Numbered from the stretch's first letter, positions 25,080 to 35,680 are shown. The stretch: DNA of 64,000 bases from Acidimicrobiales bacterium (GCA_050742455.1 JBOGIG010000004.1:96613-160612), one strand, 5' to 3'. Notes: generated by a model not told the origin, from the letters alone. A program made the numbers and translations.

Positions 25080-26063
25080 ATGAGCCAATTGCGCTTGGAC
25101 CCCCTGACCGGTCGGTGGGTGGCAGTCAGTTCGGAGCGGTCGACCCGGCCGTCGGCCTTCGTGCCTAGGGCACTGCCCGTCGAGTTCAACACCACCCGAC
25201 CGTGTCCTTTCTGCCCTGGTAACGAGGAATCCACCCCTCCAGCCCTGGAAACCTACGGCCAATCGGGGGATTGGCTGGTCCGGGTGGTGCCGAACCTGTA
25301 TCCGGCCTTCGAGGGCAGCGACCCGATGGTGGTGACCCATCGCGGTCCGGTCTTCGCCGAGGCCCCGGCCAGCGGGATCCACGAGGTACTGGTCCTTTCC
25401 CCCGAGCACGACAAGGCCTGGGCCGATTTGGAAGACGAGCAGGTCCAACTGGTAATGGCTGCCATCAGGGATCGGGTGGCGACTCACGCTTCGACGCCAG
25501 GGCTGCGCTACAGCCAGGCGATTGTCAACTCCGGTCGTGAAGCCGGCGCCTCATTGGAGCATCCCCACGGCCAGTTGCTCGGGATGAGCTTCGTGCCCCG
25601 GGAATTGGTGGACGAACAAGCGGGCTTCGCCCGATTCGCGGGCGGATGCCTGCTGTGCGCAACGGCCGATGCCGAGGAGAGCGCCCGCCACCGAGTGGTG
25701 CACCTCGACTCCGACACCATCGTGGTCTGCCCCTACTGGAGTGGGACGCCGTTCGAGATGCTCGTTATCCCCCGCGAGCACGACGGCCACCTCCACACGA
25801 GTTCCGGCTCCAGCCTGGACTCGGTCGGACGCTCACTGCGGGCCTCACTTCGCCTGCTGCGGGAACGGGCCGGTGACGTGGCCTACAATCTGGTGTTCCA
25901 CTCTGCTCCCTACCGGGCTACCGAGCCCTACCACTGGCACGTTCACATCTGGCCCAAGCTGACGACCCAGGCCGGCTTCGAGTTGGGAACCGGAGTCCTC
26001 ATCGACATCGTGCCTCCTGAGGAAGCCGCCGCCGAACTAAGGGCAAACGTCGCCTCCGTCTAA
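25080..26063 (+). CDS. galT: Galactose-1-phosphate uridylyltransferase family (GalT-type HIT nucleotidyltransferase)
   Basis: Zn site CPFCPGNE and active site HPHGQL. GGTGAGG RBS upstream of ATG 25080. Confidence 0.88.
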   Translation: MSQLRLDPLTGRWVAVSSERSTRPSAFVPRALPVEFNTTRPCPFCPGNEESTPPALETYGQSGDWLVRVVPNLYPAFEGSDPMVVTHRGPVFAEAPASGIHEVLVLSPEHDKAWADLEDEQVQLVMAAIRDRVATHASTPGLRYSQAIVNSGREAGASLEHPHGQLLGMSFVPRELVDEQAGFARFAGGCLLCATADAEESARHRVVHLDSDTIVVCPYWSGTPFEMLVIPREHDGHLHTSSGSSLDSVGRSLRASLRLLRERAGDVAYNLVFHSAPYRATEPYHWHVHIWPKLTTQAGFELGTGVLIDIVPPEEAAAELRANVASV

Positions 26064-28018
26064 CACTTGGCCTCGGGCCTGATCCATAATACGGCCAGTG
26101 GCGGCAGGGTCAGCTCTGCCGAGCACTTCTGGCCGTGCCAGGGCTTCGATGTGCTTTGCGCCCGGCCCTGATTGCCCACCCCTGACCCACCGAACTCCAC
26201 CGCATCGGTGTTGAGGACCTCGATCCAGCTACCGGACTGGGGCAGCCCAATCCGGTAGTTGTAGCGGACCACGGGCGAGAGGTTCGCCACGCAGGCCAAT
26301 GGAGCTTCACCCTCGGGATCGATGCGAAGGAACGATAAGACATTGGAGCCGGTGTCAGAAGCATCGATCCAGGCGAATCCATCGGGGGCAAAGTCCTGCC
26401 TCCAAAGGGCAGGCGTGTTCCGGTAGGTGTGGTTGAGCGAACGCACCAGGCCGGCCATACCTGGGTCGTTCCAATCCCTTCCCACCCCCAACTCCGAATC
26501 GTGATCCCACTCCCAGCCCGGAGCCAACTCGGTGCCCATGAACACGAGCTTGCGGCCGGGATGAGCCCACATCCAGGCCAGGAGGGCCCGCAGGTTGGCC
26601 CGTTGCTGCCAGTCGTCACCGGGCATCTTGGCCAGCAGGGACTTCTTGCCATGTACAACCTCGTCGTGGGACAGGGGGAGGAGAAACTTCTCGGAGAAGG
26701 CGTAGACCAGGCCGAAGCTGAGTCCGTTCTGATGAAATCGCCGATATATGGGGTCCAGCACAAAATACGCCAAAGTGTCGTGCATCCACCCCATGTTCCA
26801 TTTGAGGTCGAAGCCCAGGCCACCATCGGTCACTGCCCCTGTGACCCCTGGCCAAGCCGTAGATTCCTCGGCCGCGGTCACCGCTCCGGGGATCTCATCG
26901 TGCACGACCTGGTTCAGCTCCCGCAGGAAGTCCACCGCCTCGAGGTCTTCGCGGCCCCCCCGAGCATTTGGGACCCAGGTGCCTGCCGGGCGCGAGTAAT
27001 CCAGGTAGATCATGGAGGCCACAGCGTCTACCCGCAACCCGTCGATGTGGAACTCCTCCAACCAGTACAAGGCATTGGCGATCAAGAAGTTACGCACCTC
27101 ATGGCGACCGTGGTTGAAGACCAGCGTGCCCCAGTCGGGGTGCTCACCCCGCCGGGGGTCGGCGTGCTCGTATAAGGGCGTACCGTCGAAGCGGGCGAGG
27201 GCCCAGTCATCCTTGGGGAAGTGGGCGGGCACCCAGTCCAGGATGACCCCGACACCCGCCTGATGGAAGGCATCCACCAAACCCCGTAGCCCATCAGGAT
27301 GGCCCAGGCGGCCCGTCGGGGCATAATACGAGGTCACCTGGTAGCCCCATGACCCGGCGAATGGGTGCTCGGCCACCGACATCATCTCCACGTGGGTAAA
27401 GCCCAGCGACGCCACGTACTCAGGCAACTCCCGAGCCAGCCCAGTCCAGTCGGGGGGGACGCCGTCGTGCATCCCCCATGACCATGGATGAACCTCGTAG
27501 ACCGACATGGGACGACAATCGACGCGGGATGCGGCTCGAGCCGCCATCCACTGGGCATCCCTCCAGCGATATCTGCTGGGCCCGATAACGATGCTCGCCG
27601 TGGCTGGGGGAACCTCGGCTTCCTGGGCCAACGGATCGGCCCTCAGTTTGAGCTCGCCCGATGGGCCGGTCACGGCGTACTTGTAGCCGGCCCCGACCCC
27701 TACTCCGGGGACAAATCCCTCCCATATGCCCGACGACCCAGGGCGATCTAGGACATGAGAATCCCGATCCCACCCGTTGAAGTCGCCGACCACGCTGACG
27801 CGCGCGGCATTGGGGGCCCAGACCGCAAATTGGGTTCCCTCCACTCCGTCCCGGATGCCCGGTTTGGACCCCAGGGCCTCCCACAGGCGCCAATGCCTAC
27901 CCTCGCCCAGCAAGTGAAGGTCAACCGCGCCGAGAGCCCCTACGGTGCGCGACGAGGTCAAAGGGCCCTGCTCGGCGCGGCCAGGCGTTCCAGGGCGTCC
28001 AAGGGAATATGGGACCAA
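26060..28018 (-). CDS. glgB: 1,4-alpha-glucan branching enzyme
   Basis: GH13 branching-enzyme sequence (GVILDWVPAHF, GLRVDAVASM, AEESTAWP, LPLSHDEVVHGK). As drawn, the 5' end overlaps pep2 by 61 nt, so the true start may be further downstream. Confidence 0.93.
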   Translation of the reverse strand: MVPYSLGRPGTPGRAEQGPLTSSRTVGALGAVDLHLLGEGRHWRLWEALGSKPGIRDGVEGTQFAVWAPNAARVSVVGDFNGWDRDSHVLDRPGSSGIWEGFVPGVGVGAGYKYAVTGPSGELKLRADPLAQEAEVPPATASIVIGPSRYRWRDAQWMAARAASRVDCRPMSVYEVHPWSWGMHDGVPPDWTGLARELPEYVASLGFTHVEMMSVAEHPFAGSWGYQVTSYYAPTGRLGHPDGLRGLVDAFHQAGVGVILDWVPAHFPKDDWALARFDGTPLYEHADPRRGEHPDWGTLVFNHGRHEVRNFLIANALYWLEEFHIDGLRVDAVASMIYLDYSRPAGTWVPNARGGREDLEAVDFLRELNQVVHDEIPGAVTAAEESTAWPGVTGAVTDGGLGFDLKWNMGWMHDTLAYFVLDPIYRRFHQNGLSFGLVYAFSEKFLLPLSHDEVVHGKKSLLAKMPGDDWQQRANLRALLAWMWAHPGRKLVFMGTELAPGWEWDHDSELGVGRDWNDPGMAGLVRSLNHTYRNTPALWRQDFAPDGFAWIDASDTGSNVLSFLRIDPEGEAPLACVANLSPVVRYNYRIGLPQSGSWIEVLNTDAVEFGGSGVGNQGRAQSTSKPWHGQKCSAELTLPPLAVLWIRPEAKC

Positions 28019-29316
28019 TCGGGCCGGTAGGCCTTCTCATACGCCAACTCGTAGGCCGCCTTACCCAGCTCGAAGGCTCGCAGGACGACCAGCACGGCAT
28101 CCGGTTCGCCGCTAACCAGTTCGTCGATTCCCGGAGTGGACAGGTAGCCCCGCAAGAAGCACTCCCGGTTGCGCAACTCCCAACTCAAAGCCAGATTTCC
28201 CAGCTTCTGCCGCCCATCCAGAGCCGATATGGCGGCGTAGTGAAAGGAGCGCAACATGCCGGCCACATCACGCAGGGGGGAACGACGGGCCCGCCGGTCG
28301 TGCAGGGAACGCAGGGGCTCACCTTCGAAGTCCAGGACAAACCAGCCCACCTCGGTGCGCATGGTCTGACCCAGGTGATAGTCGCCGTGGACCCGGCATG
28401 TGACCGAGCAGGACTCAATGCCCATTCGCGCCTCGTCCAAGATGGAGTCAAAGCCGTGCCGATCCAAGTGGGATTCGGGTGATAGCCGCTCCAGAGCGGA
28501 AATGCCGGAGCTGACCTCGTCGAGCCACCGGTGGCGATCGACCTCTTCGGTGCCAAAAGCCTTGGCCAGCCCCAAGTGCATCCGTGCCGTCATGTTGCCC
28601 AAACGTCTCGCTTCGGCCCCGAAGTCGCCTCCGGCATTTTCCGGCTGGAGGCCGGACTGGTACATATCCCTGAGGGAAGTGAGGGCCAAGGCCCATCCCT
28701 CGCTGCCTCCCGCAAGAAATTCCTGGGCAATTGCCAGGTCGTAGCCGAGCCGGTTCCAGGCACCCCGAGGGGCGGCAACGTGGTTGAATCCGACAGCGTC
28801 AAGTCCCATCGTCACCTCGACATCGGGATTCGGACCGGTTTCTACCCGTCGGTACAGCTTGAGGATGACGGCGTCGTCAAAGACCAGCGACGTGTTGGAT
28901 TGCTCTGCCCCCACCAGGCGGACCCGAGTGAACGGATCATTCACCCCCGCCAGCCGAGCCATGCCGAGCGCCAGCTCGTGGTCGGCAGTGGCGTCATAGG
29001 CCATGACCGGTGTCCCATCGATCTCCACCGACCCGAGCACGGCCCAGTCCTGCCCAGCCATCGCCTCCTCGCCCTGGACCAATGGGCGCATACCCACCAG
29101 GACCTGATAGCGAGCTCCTCCCGCCTCGATGACCAGCCAGACCAAGCCGGGCCATCCTGACTCCAGAGTGGCCGACTCGACCACCAACACAGCCCGGGGG
29201 CCGGGCTCGATGGGTTCGGGTGGCCTGGCAAACCAGCGCTGGTGGGCCAAGAAGTCGGGCAGAAGCCTTGCAATCTGGTCTAAGAGAACGGAGGGAACCG
29301 GGGCCGTCGTGCTCAT
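27958..29316 (-). CDS. pep2: Maltokinase (maltose 1-phosphate forming)
   Basis: 452 aa. Kinase-like core (HGDYHLGQ, LDFEGEP). Located between treS and glgB, as in known GlgE-pathway operons. Confidence 0.85.
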   Translation of the reverse strand: MSTTAPVPSVLLDQIARLLPDFLAHQRWFARPPEPIEPGPRAVLVVESATLESGWPGLVWLVIEAGGARYQVLVGMRPLVQGEEAMAGQDWAVLGSVEIDGTPVMAYDATADHELALGMARLAGVNDPFTRVRLVGAEQSNTSLVFDDAVILKLYRRVETGPNPDVEVTMGLDAVGFNHVAAPRGAWNRLGYDLAIAQEFLAGGSEGWALALTSLRDMYQSGLQPENAGGDFGAEARRLGNMTARMHLGLAKAFGTEEVDRHRWLDEVSSGISALERLSPESHLDRHGFDSILDEARMGIESCSVTCRVHGDYHLGQTMRTEVGWFVLDFEGEPLRSLHDRRARRSPLRDVAGMLRSFHYAAISALDGRQKLGNLALSWELRNRECFLRGYLSTPGIDELVSGEPDAVLVVLRAFELGKAAYELAYEKAYRPDWSHIPLDALERLAAPSRAL

Positions 29317-29359
29317 GGCGCTACCAGAGACGCAGCTCTTGGACTCACCAGTTGGATGC

Positions 29360-31168
29360 TCACGGCGTTACCAATTGGAACCAGTAGAAGCTGTATGGGC
29401 CAAGCGTGATGAAGTAGGGCAGCTCCCCAATGGGCGGAAAGGGGACCTTGCCCAACAATTCCACGGGAACTCGACCCGGCCAGCGGTCCAACATCAACTC
29501 GGCAGGCTGGGCGAAGCGACTGAGGTTGACCACACACAAAACCGTGTCGACTTCGGTCTCGGTTCCGGCCTCGGACGCTGTGGCAGCCCGGGCGGTTGGC
29601 GCGCTTGTGGCACCGGCTCGGGCCTCGGTTGCCGGCTGCGAGCGAACGTAAGCCAGCACCGAGGGGTTCTCGGCAGGCAGGACCTCGAAGGTCCCAACGC
29701 CGAAGAGGGGATGCTGGCGACGCACCTCGAGCATTCTTCGCATCCAATGCAGGAAGGAACTGGGGTCCCTGCGCTCCGCCTCGACGTTGATGGCCTGGAA
29801 GCCGTACACCGGGTCCATCAGGGGAGGCAGGTAGAGCTGGGCAAAGTCGGCCCGGGAAAAGCCGGCGTTTCGATCGGGCGTCCACTGCATCGGGGTGCGG
29901 ACCCCGTCCCGGTCCCCCAGGTAGATGTTGTCGCCCATCATGATCTCGTCCCCGTAGTACAAGATGGGGCTGCCTGGCATGGAAAAGAGCAGGGAGTGCA
30001 GCAACTCAGCCACCCGCCGGTCGTTGTCGACGAGGGGGGCCAGGCGACGTCCTATCCCGATGTTTCGCTTCATGCGGGGATCGGCGGCGTACTCGGCGTA
30101 CATGTAGTCCCGCTCGTCCTCGGTCACCATCTCCAGGGTGAGCTCGTCGTGATTGCGCAAGAACGTGCCCCACTGGCAGCCGGGGGGGATGTCAGGCGTC
30201 TGGGCCAGGATCTCGGTAACGGGAAAGCGCTGCTCCCGGCGCACGGCCATGAACACACGGGGCATCACAGGGAAGTGGAAGCACATGTGACACTCATCCC
30301 CATCTCCGAAGTAATCCACCACATCGGCCGGCCACTGATTGGCCTCGGCCAGAAGCACCTTGTTGGGGTGGGAAGCATCCACCTCCTTACGCAATCTCTT
30401 CAGGTACTCATGGGTCTCGGGTAGATTCTCCCCACTTGTGCCGTCCCGCATGTACAGGTAGGGCACCGCATCGAGGCGAAATCCGTCCAGGCCGATGTCG
30501 AGCCAGAACCTGATGACATCGAGCATCGAGTCGGCCACGTTGGCGTTGTCGTAGTTCAGGTCGGGTTGGTGGGAAAAGAAGCGATGCCAGTAGTACTGCT
30601 GGCGCTGGGTATCCCAGGCCCAGTTGGACTTCTCGGTGTCGACGAATATCACCCGCGGTTCAGGCCAGCGCTGGTCGTCATCGCTCCAGGTGTACCAGTC
30701 GGCCTTGTCGTTGATCCGGTCCTGGCGGGACTCCAAGAACCATGGATGCTGATCACTGGTGTGGTTCATCACCATGTCGGCCACGATGCGCAGACCTCGT
30801 CGATGAGCCTCTTCCACCAGCATTACTACGTCCGCTAGGTCCCCGTACTCAGGCAACACGGTGAAGAAGTCCGAGATGTCGTAGCCCCCGTCACGCAATG
30901 GCGACTGGTAGAAGGGCAAGAGCCACAGGCAGTCCACCCCCAGCCACTGCAGGTAGTCGAGCTTGGCCGTCAGCCCGGCCAGGTCACCGGTGCCATCGTC
31001 GTTGGAGTCGAAGAACCCCCGGGTCAACACCTCATAGAAAACTGCCTTGCGGTACCACTGGGGATCGTCGTCCAGGCCGGGATTGCTCGGTGGGATGCCG
31101 CGCCGTCCCGCCCCCGGCGGCGCCGGCTGGGATGGTGAGGGTCCGAAGGTGCGCCGCATGCGACTCAT
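29360..31168 (-). CDS. treS: Trehalose synthase (maltose alpha-D-glucosyltransferase)
   Basis: 602 aa. GH13 motifs (DGYDISD, GFRLDAVPYL, LAEANQWP, FLRNHDELTLE). ATGA overlap with the glgE stop. Confidence 0.94.
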   Translation of the reverse strand: MSRMRRTFGPSPSQPAPPGAGRRGIPPSNPGLDDDPQWYRKAVFYEVLTRGFFDSNDDGTGDLAGLTAKLDYLQWLGVDCLWLLPFYQSPLRDGGYDISDFFTVLPEYGDLADVVMLVEEAHRRGLRIVADMVMNHTSDQHPWFLESRQDRINDKADWYTWSDDDQRWPEPRVIFVDTEKSNWAWDTQRQQYYWHRFFSHQPDLNYDNANVADSMLDVIRFWLDIGLDGFRLDAVPYLYMRDGTSGENLPETHEYLKRLRKEVDASHPNKVLLAEANQWPADVVDYFGDGDECHMCFHFPVMPRVFMAVRREQRFPVTEILAQTPDIPPGCQWGTFLRNHDELTLEMVTEDERDYMYAEYAADPRMKRNIGIGRRLAPLVDNDRRVAELLHSLLFSMPGSPILYYGDEIMMGDNIYLGDRDGVRTPMQWTPDRNAGFSRADFAQLYLPPLMDPVYGFQAINVEAERRDPSSFLHWMRRMLEVRRQHPLFGVGTFEVLPAENPSVLAYVRSQPATEARAGATSAPTARAATASEAGTETEVDTVLCVVNLSRFAQPAELMLDRWPGRVPVELLGKVPFPPIGELPYFITLGPYSFYWFQLVTP

Positions 31169-33027
31169 CGCTTCGCCCCGGGGTAGCGGTCGATGCTGAG
31201 AATGTGGGCCGGTTGAACCGCCGGATCGAGGCTCACATAGGGGTGGCTGCCCTGCCAGTCAAAAGCCCCGCCGCCCAGTTCGTCGCGGACCGTGTACCGC
31301 TCCTCGGGGTCCAGTCCGAGAACGCCTCGGTCAAGGTCCAACACGGCCTCCTGGACGCGATCGGGATCAAGGTTGACCACGATCAGCACCGTGTCAGGCC
31401 CCATCGTGTCAGGCCCCATCGTGTCAGGCCTCAGCACCGTGTCAGACGGGGCGGATTCGTGTTTGGAATACACCAACAAAGCCGGGTTGGGGCTGTGGTG
31501 GAAGGTAACGTTCGAAATGCGATCAAAGACGCGATGGCGGCGGCGGATGGCGTTGACACAGGCGATAAAACCGGCCAGCGAGGCCGGGGCCGACCAATCT
31601 CTGGCCTTTATTTCGTACTTTTCCGAGTTGAGGTACTCCTCGTTGGCCTCGTCTGCCGGCTGATTCTCTCCCAGTTCGTAGCCGGAGTAGATCCCGTAGG
31701 AGGGCGAGAGAGTGGCAGCCAGCACCAGGCGCAGGCGGAAGGCCGAGATGGCGCCATGGCGCAGCACTCCGGCCAGGATGTCGGGGGTGTTGGGCCAAAA
31801 GTTCGGCCGCATGAAATCGGCGGTGGGCCCGTAGGCCAGTTCTTGGACGTAGTCCTTCAGCTCGTCGGCACTGTGACGCCAGGTGAAGTAGGTATAGCTC
31901 TGAGAAAACCCCACTTCGGCCAGCTTGGCCATGACCTTGGGTCGGGTGAAGGCTTCGGCCAGCAGGACCACATCAGGGTGTTCGGCCATCAGGTCGGCTA
32001 TCAGCCACTGCCAGAAGGCCATGGGCTTGGTATGGGGGTTGTCGACCCGGAAGATCTTCACCCCCTTGTTCACCCAGAACTCCAAGATGTCCCGGCACGC
32101 CTGCCACAGGGCCACCCGGTCACTGTCAAGCTCAGGCCAGAAGTTGATGGGGAAGATGTCCTGGTACTTCTTGGGGGGATTCTCGGCATAGGCAATGGTG
32201 CCGTCGGTCCGGTGCCAGTACCACTCAGGGTGCTCGCTCACCCACGGGTGATCGGGCGACGTCTGCAGGGCGAAGTCCAGCGCCACCTGAAGCCCTAGGC
32301 GATCGGCCTCGGCCACGAACCGGTCCAGGTCGTCGAAGGTCCCGAGATCGGGGTGAATGGCGGTATGGCCTCCGGCCGCGCTCCCGATGGCCCAGGGACT
32401 GCCCGGATCCCCGGACCTGGCCTTGAGGGTGTTGCCCGGTCCCTTGCGGGCGGTGCTGCCAATGGGATGGATGGGGGGGAGGTAGACCACGTCAAAGCCC
32501 ATGTCGGCAATGTGGCCCAGCCTGGCCACCGATCCAGCCAGACCGCCTTCCGAGCGTGGAAAGAACTCATACCACGCCCCCCGGGTGGCCAACGGCGGAT
32601 CGACCCTCAAGGCCATCGGCGCCGAAACGGTCAGATCTGCACGGTGGGCGGCCCCGGTACCCTGGTCTGGCCGACCAGGCCCCGTCGGAGCCTTCGAGGC
32701 CCTAGCGGGCGGGGCCGGGAATCTGACCAGATCGCCAACGGCGAACTCCGCGGTCCAGGCCTGGACCACGAATTCGTAAAGACCCACCTGGTCACAGGTG
32801 ATAACCCCCCGCCATGTGTCGTTTCCCGCCTCCACCATTGCGACCTCTTGCCACTCGACTCGCCGCCCTCGCCTGCGCCAGCGGACCGACGCAGCGAGAC
32901 GGTCGTGTCCGTCCTTGTAGATATCGGCCGAAACGGTGACAGGCTCTCCCTGGCAGGCCTTGGCCGGGCCCGCTCCCGAGGGAGTGGCCGGGCGAATCCG
33001 GTCTATGACCACGTGTCCAGTCACCAC
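31165..33027 (-). CDS. glgE: Alpha-1,4-glucan:maltose-1-phosphate maltosyltransferase
   Basis: 620 aa. GlgE-like (WYEFFPRS, VYLPPIHPIG, FRVDNPHTKP). GTG start at 33027. Confidence 0.93.
   Translation of the reverse strand: MVTGHVVIDRIRPATPSGAGPAKACQGEPVTVSADIYKDGHDRLAASVRWRRRGRRVEWQEVAMVEAGNDTWRGVITCDQVGLYEFVVQAWTAEFAVGDLVRFPAPPARASKAPTGPGRPDQGTGAAHRADLTVSAPMALRVDPPLATRGAWYEFFPRSEGGLAGSVARLGHIADMGFDVVYLPPIHPIGSTARKGPGNTLKARSGDPGSPWAIGSAAGGHTAIHPDLGTFDDLDRFVAEADRLGLQVALDFALQTSPDHPWVSEHPEWYWHRTDGTIAYAENPPKKYQDIFPINFWPELDSDRVALWQACRDILEFWVNKGVKIFRVDNPHTKPMAFWQWLIADLMAEHPDVVLLAEAFTRPKVMAKLAEVGFSQSYTYFTWRHSADELKDYVQELAYGPTADFMRPNFWPNTPDILAGVLRHGAISAFRLRLVLAATLSPSYGIYSGYELGENQPADEANEEYLNSEKYEIKARDWSAPASLAGFIACVNAIRRRHRVFDRISNVTFHHSPNPALLVYSKHESAPSDTVLRPDTMGPDTMGPDTVLIVVNLDPDRVQEAVLDLDRGVLGLDPEERYTVRDELGGGAFDWQGSHPYVSLDPAVQPAHILSIDRYPGAKR
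31391..31446. repeat. 15-bp tandem repeat inside glgE (encodes PDTMG PDTMG PDTV)
   Basis: gtgtcaggccccatc x2 (31391-31420), followed by the related gtgtcaggcctcagcaccgtgtcaga. Confidence 0.85.
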
Positions 33028-33056
33028 AGTTGAAACATCACCTAATCTCGTTGCCG

Positions 33057-35645
33057 ATGAAGGCCGACCACAGCTTCACCGTACCCGTCAAGCTTCCCCC
33101 AGCCCTGCAATACCTTTCCCCGTTGTCCACCAACTTACGCTGGTGCTGGGACCGAGCGACTCAGGATGTTTTCAGGTCCATGGATCCCGCGGCCTGGGAG
33201 GCGCATCATGATCCGGTCGGACTGCTGGCCTCGCTCGACGGGGACCGGCTGGAGGACCTGGCCAAAGATGGCGGATTCATGGCCCTGGCCCAGGCGGCCT
33301 GGGACGGGCTCAACCGCTACCTGGCGGGCAGCCCCAGGCTCACCCCAGGTCCGACCCAGACCATGGGATCGGTGGCCTACTTCTCCCCCGAGTTCGGCCT
33401 CACCGAGTCCCTGGCCCAGTACTCGGGCGGCCTGGGAGTACTGGCCGGTGACCACCTCAAGGCGTCGAGCGACCAGGGCTTACCCCTAATCGGTGTGGGC
33501 CTGTGGTACCGGCACGGCTATTTCCGTCAGGGACTGGACGCCCGAGGCTGGCAACAGGAGTACTACCCCGCTCAGAACCCTCACGCCACCGCTCTTCGCC
33601 CTGCTGGGATCGAGCTGATCGAGATCAAGATGGGCGAGTTGTGCCTCCTGGCACAGGTGTGGACCCTGGAGGTGGGCCGCGTCCGCCTGTACCTGCTGGA
33701 CTCCGATGTGGAAGACAATCCGCCCCACCTCCGGCAGGTCACCGACACCCTCTACGGCGGGGACATCGAACACCGTCTGGTCCAAGAGATAACCCTCGGA
33801 ATGGGTGGCATCAAGGCCCTCGAGGCCTTGGGGGAGACGCCCCAGGTCTTTCATTCCAATGAAGGCCATGCCGGGTTCCTCGGACTGGAACGGATCCGGG
33901 GTCTTGTCGAGCGCCATCGTCTCAGCTTCTCCGAGGCCATCGAAGCAGTGCGGGCCGGTACCGTCTTTACCACCCACACGCCTGTGCCCGCCGGGATCGA
34001 CCGGTTCCCCGTCCAGCTCATGGAGAAGTACTTCTCCCAGTGGGCCAGTGACTGCGGGACCACCATGACCGACCTCATGGAACTCGGACACTTCCCCGAG
34101 GACGACGACCATGAGCCCTTCAACATGGCGGTCATGGGGCTTCGCCTGGCCGGCGCGGCCAACGGCGTTTCCCGCCTGCACGGTTCGGTAAGTCGTGAAC
34201 TGTTCTCACCCCTGTGGCCCGGTTTCGATGTCGATGAGGTGCCCATCGGATCGATCACCAACGGGGTGCACGCCCCATCGTGGGTATCCCCGGAGATGGC
34301 CACCTTCCTCGCCGCGACGGTCGGCGACACATGGGCCGGGTCCCCCCACGGCGGGTGGGATGGCTTGACCGCTGCCGACGACGACTCCTTGTGGCGGGTG
34401 CGCCAGGCCGGCCGGCAACGCCTGGTCGACTTCGTGCGGGCACAAGTGGGCGAACCCTTAACGGAGGCAGGACCCCAAGACGGCGCCGAGTCCCTGCTGG
34501 ATCCCGACACGCTCACCGTTTGCTTTGCCCGACGCTTTGCCACCTACAAGCGGGCGACCCTGTTGCTGGCCGACCGCGACAGGCTCCGACGCCTCCTCCT
34601 GCACCCCGATCGGCCAGTCCAGTTCGTTTTTGCGGGCAAGGCCCATCCCGCCGACGAGGAGGGCAAGGAGATGATCCGCCTCATCAGTGATTTTGCCATC
34701 GAGTCCGACGTGATCAGCCGCTTCGTCTTCCTGCCCGATTACGACATCGAAGTGGCCAGAACGCTCTACCAGGGCGCCGACGTGTGGCTGAATACGCCCC
34801 GTCGGCCCATGGAAGCATGCGGAACCAGCGGGGAGAAGGCCGCACTCAACGGGTCGCTCAACCTGTCGGTGCTCGACGGGTGGTGGGACGAGTACTTCAA
34901 CGGCTCCAACGGGTGGGCAGTGCCCACGGCCGGATACTCGGCCGACCTGGAAGGCCGGGACGCTGCCGAGGCCGACGCCGTCTTTCGTATCCTGGAGACC
35001 AAGGTGGCGCCTGCCTTCTACGAACGGTCCGACCCCGGCGGGCGTGGGCTGCCCCATCGCTGGCTGGAGATGGTCCGAGCCAGCTTGCGCAGCTTGGGCC
35101 CTGAGGTTTCGGCTTCTCGCATGGTCAAGGACTACGCCGACAATCTTTACGGCCCGGCCGCGGTCAGGGCCGCTGCCGTGAGCATCGACAGATTCCGGCC
35201 TGCCCGAGAGCTGGCCGGGTGGAAGGCCCAGGCTGGGACTGCTTGGTCAAAGGTGGAAATGGGGCCGACCACTTTGTTGCGGGACCAGGCCGAGCCCATG
35301 GGCCCCATCAAGGTGTCCACCGAGATCCGCCTGGCAGGTCTAGATCCGAATGACATTTCCGTCGAAGCCATACACGGCCCGGTCAATGCCGACGGTAATC
35401 TCGACGATCCCAGGGTCGAGCCCATGACTCCCGATTCTCCCGGGGAAGACCAGCACCTCACCTACCGGTCCACACTGACTCCCAGCCGGGCCGGACCCTA
35501 CGGCATTACGGTGCGAGCCCGGCCCTTCCATCCCGATCTGGGTCGCCCCCCCAGTTCCGGGTTGGCCCCCTGTTTCGGCCCATCTCCTAGCTCCGAGGAG
35601 ATGGCCGGATCGGTCGATCCGACACCGGGACCGGAAGGCGATTAG
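33057..35645 (+). CDS. glgP: Alpha-glucan (glycogen/maltodextrin) phosphorylase, GT35
   Basis: NLRWCWD N-terminus, GGLGVLAGDHLKA, and PLP-site region TSGEKAALNG. ATG 33057 is preferred. The track uses TTG 33030, only 2 nt from the divergent glgE start. Confidence 0.92.
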   Translation: MKADHSFTVPVKLPPALQYLSPLSTNLRWCWDRATQDVFRSMDPAAWEAHHDPVGLLASLDGDRLEDLAKDGGFMALAQAAWDGLNRYLAGSPRLTPGPTQTMGSVAYFSPEFGLTESLAQYSGGLGVLAGDHLKASSDQGLPLIGVGLWYRHGYFRQGLDARGWQQEYYPAQNPHATALRPAGIELIEIKMGELCLLAQVWTLEVGRVRLYLLDSDVEDNPPHLRQVTDTLYGGDIEHRLVQEITLGMGGIKALEALGETPQVFHSNEGHAGFLGLERIRGLVERHRLSFSEAIEAVRAGTVFTTHTPVPAGIDRFPVQLMEKYFSQWASDCGTTMTDLMELGHFPEDDDHEPFNMAVMGLRLAGAANGVSRLHGSVSRELFSPLWPGFDVDEVPIGSITNGVHAPSWVSPEMATFLAATVGDTWAGSPHGGWDGLTAADDDSLWRVRQAGRQRLVDFVRAQVGEPLTEAGPQDGAESLLDPDTLTVCFARRFATYKRATLLLADRDRLRRLLLHPDRPVQFVFAGKAHPADEEGKEMIRLISDFAIESDVISRFVFLPDYDIEVARTLYQGADVWLNTPRRPMEACGTSGEKAALNGSLNLSVLDGWWDEYFNGSNGWAVPTAGYSADLEGRDAAEADAVFRILETKVAPAFYERSDPGGRGLPHRWLEMVRASLRSLGPEVSASRMVKDYADNLYGPAAVRAAAVSIDRFRPARELAGWKAQAGTAWSKVEMGPTTLLRDQAEPMGPIKVSTEIRLAGLDPNDISVEAIHGPVNADGNLDDPRVEPMTPDSPGEDQHLTYRSTLTPSRAGPYGITVRARPFHPDLGRPPSSGLAPCFGPSPSSEEMAGSVDPTPGPEGD

Positions 35646-35680
35646 CTCCGGGGAATCGACTGGTCCATTTGCTCAACGGT

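Noticed and set aside
27958-28018. 61-nt overlap between glgB and pep2 as a sign of frameshift or fusion
   Set aside because: This is more simply explained by an over-extended glgB start call. GlgB homology begins downstream (around DLHLLGEGRHWRLWE), and a TTG candidate exists near 27913.
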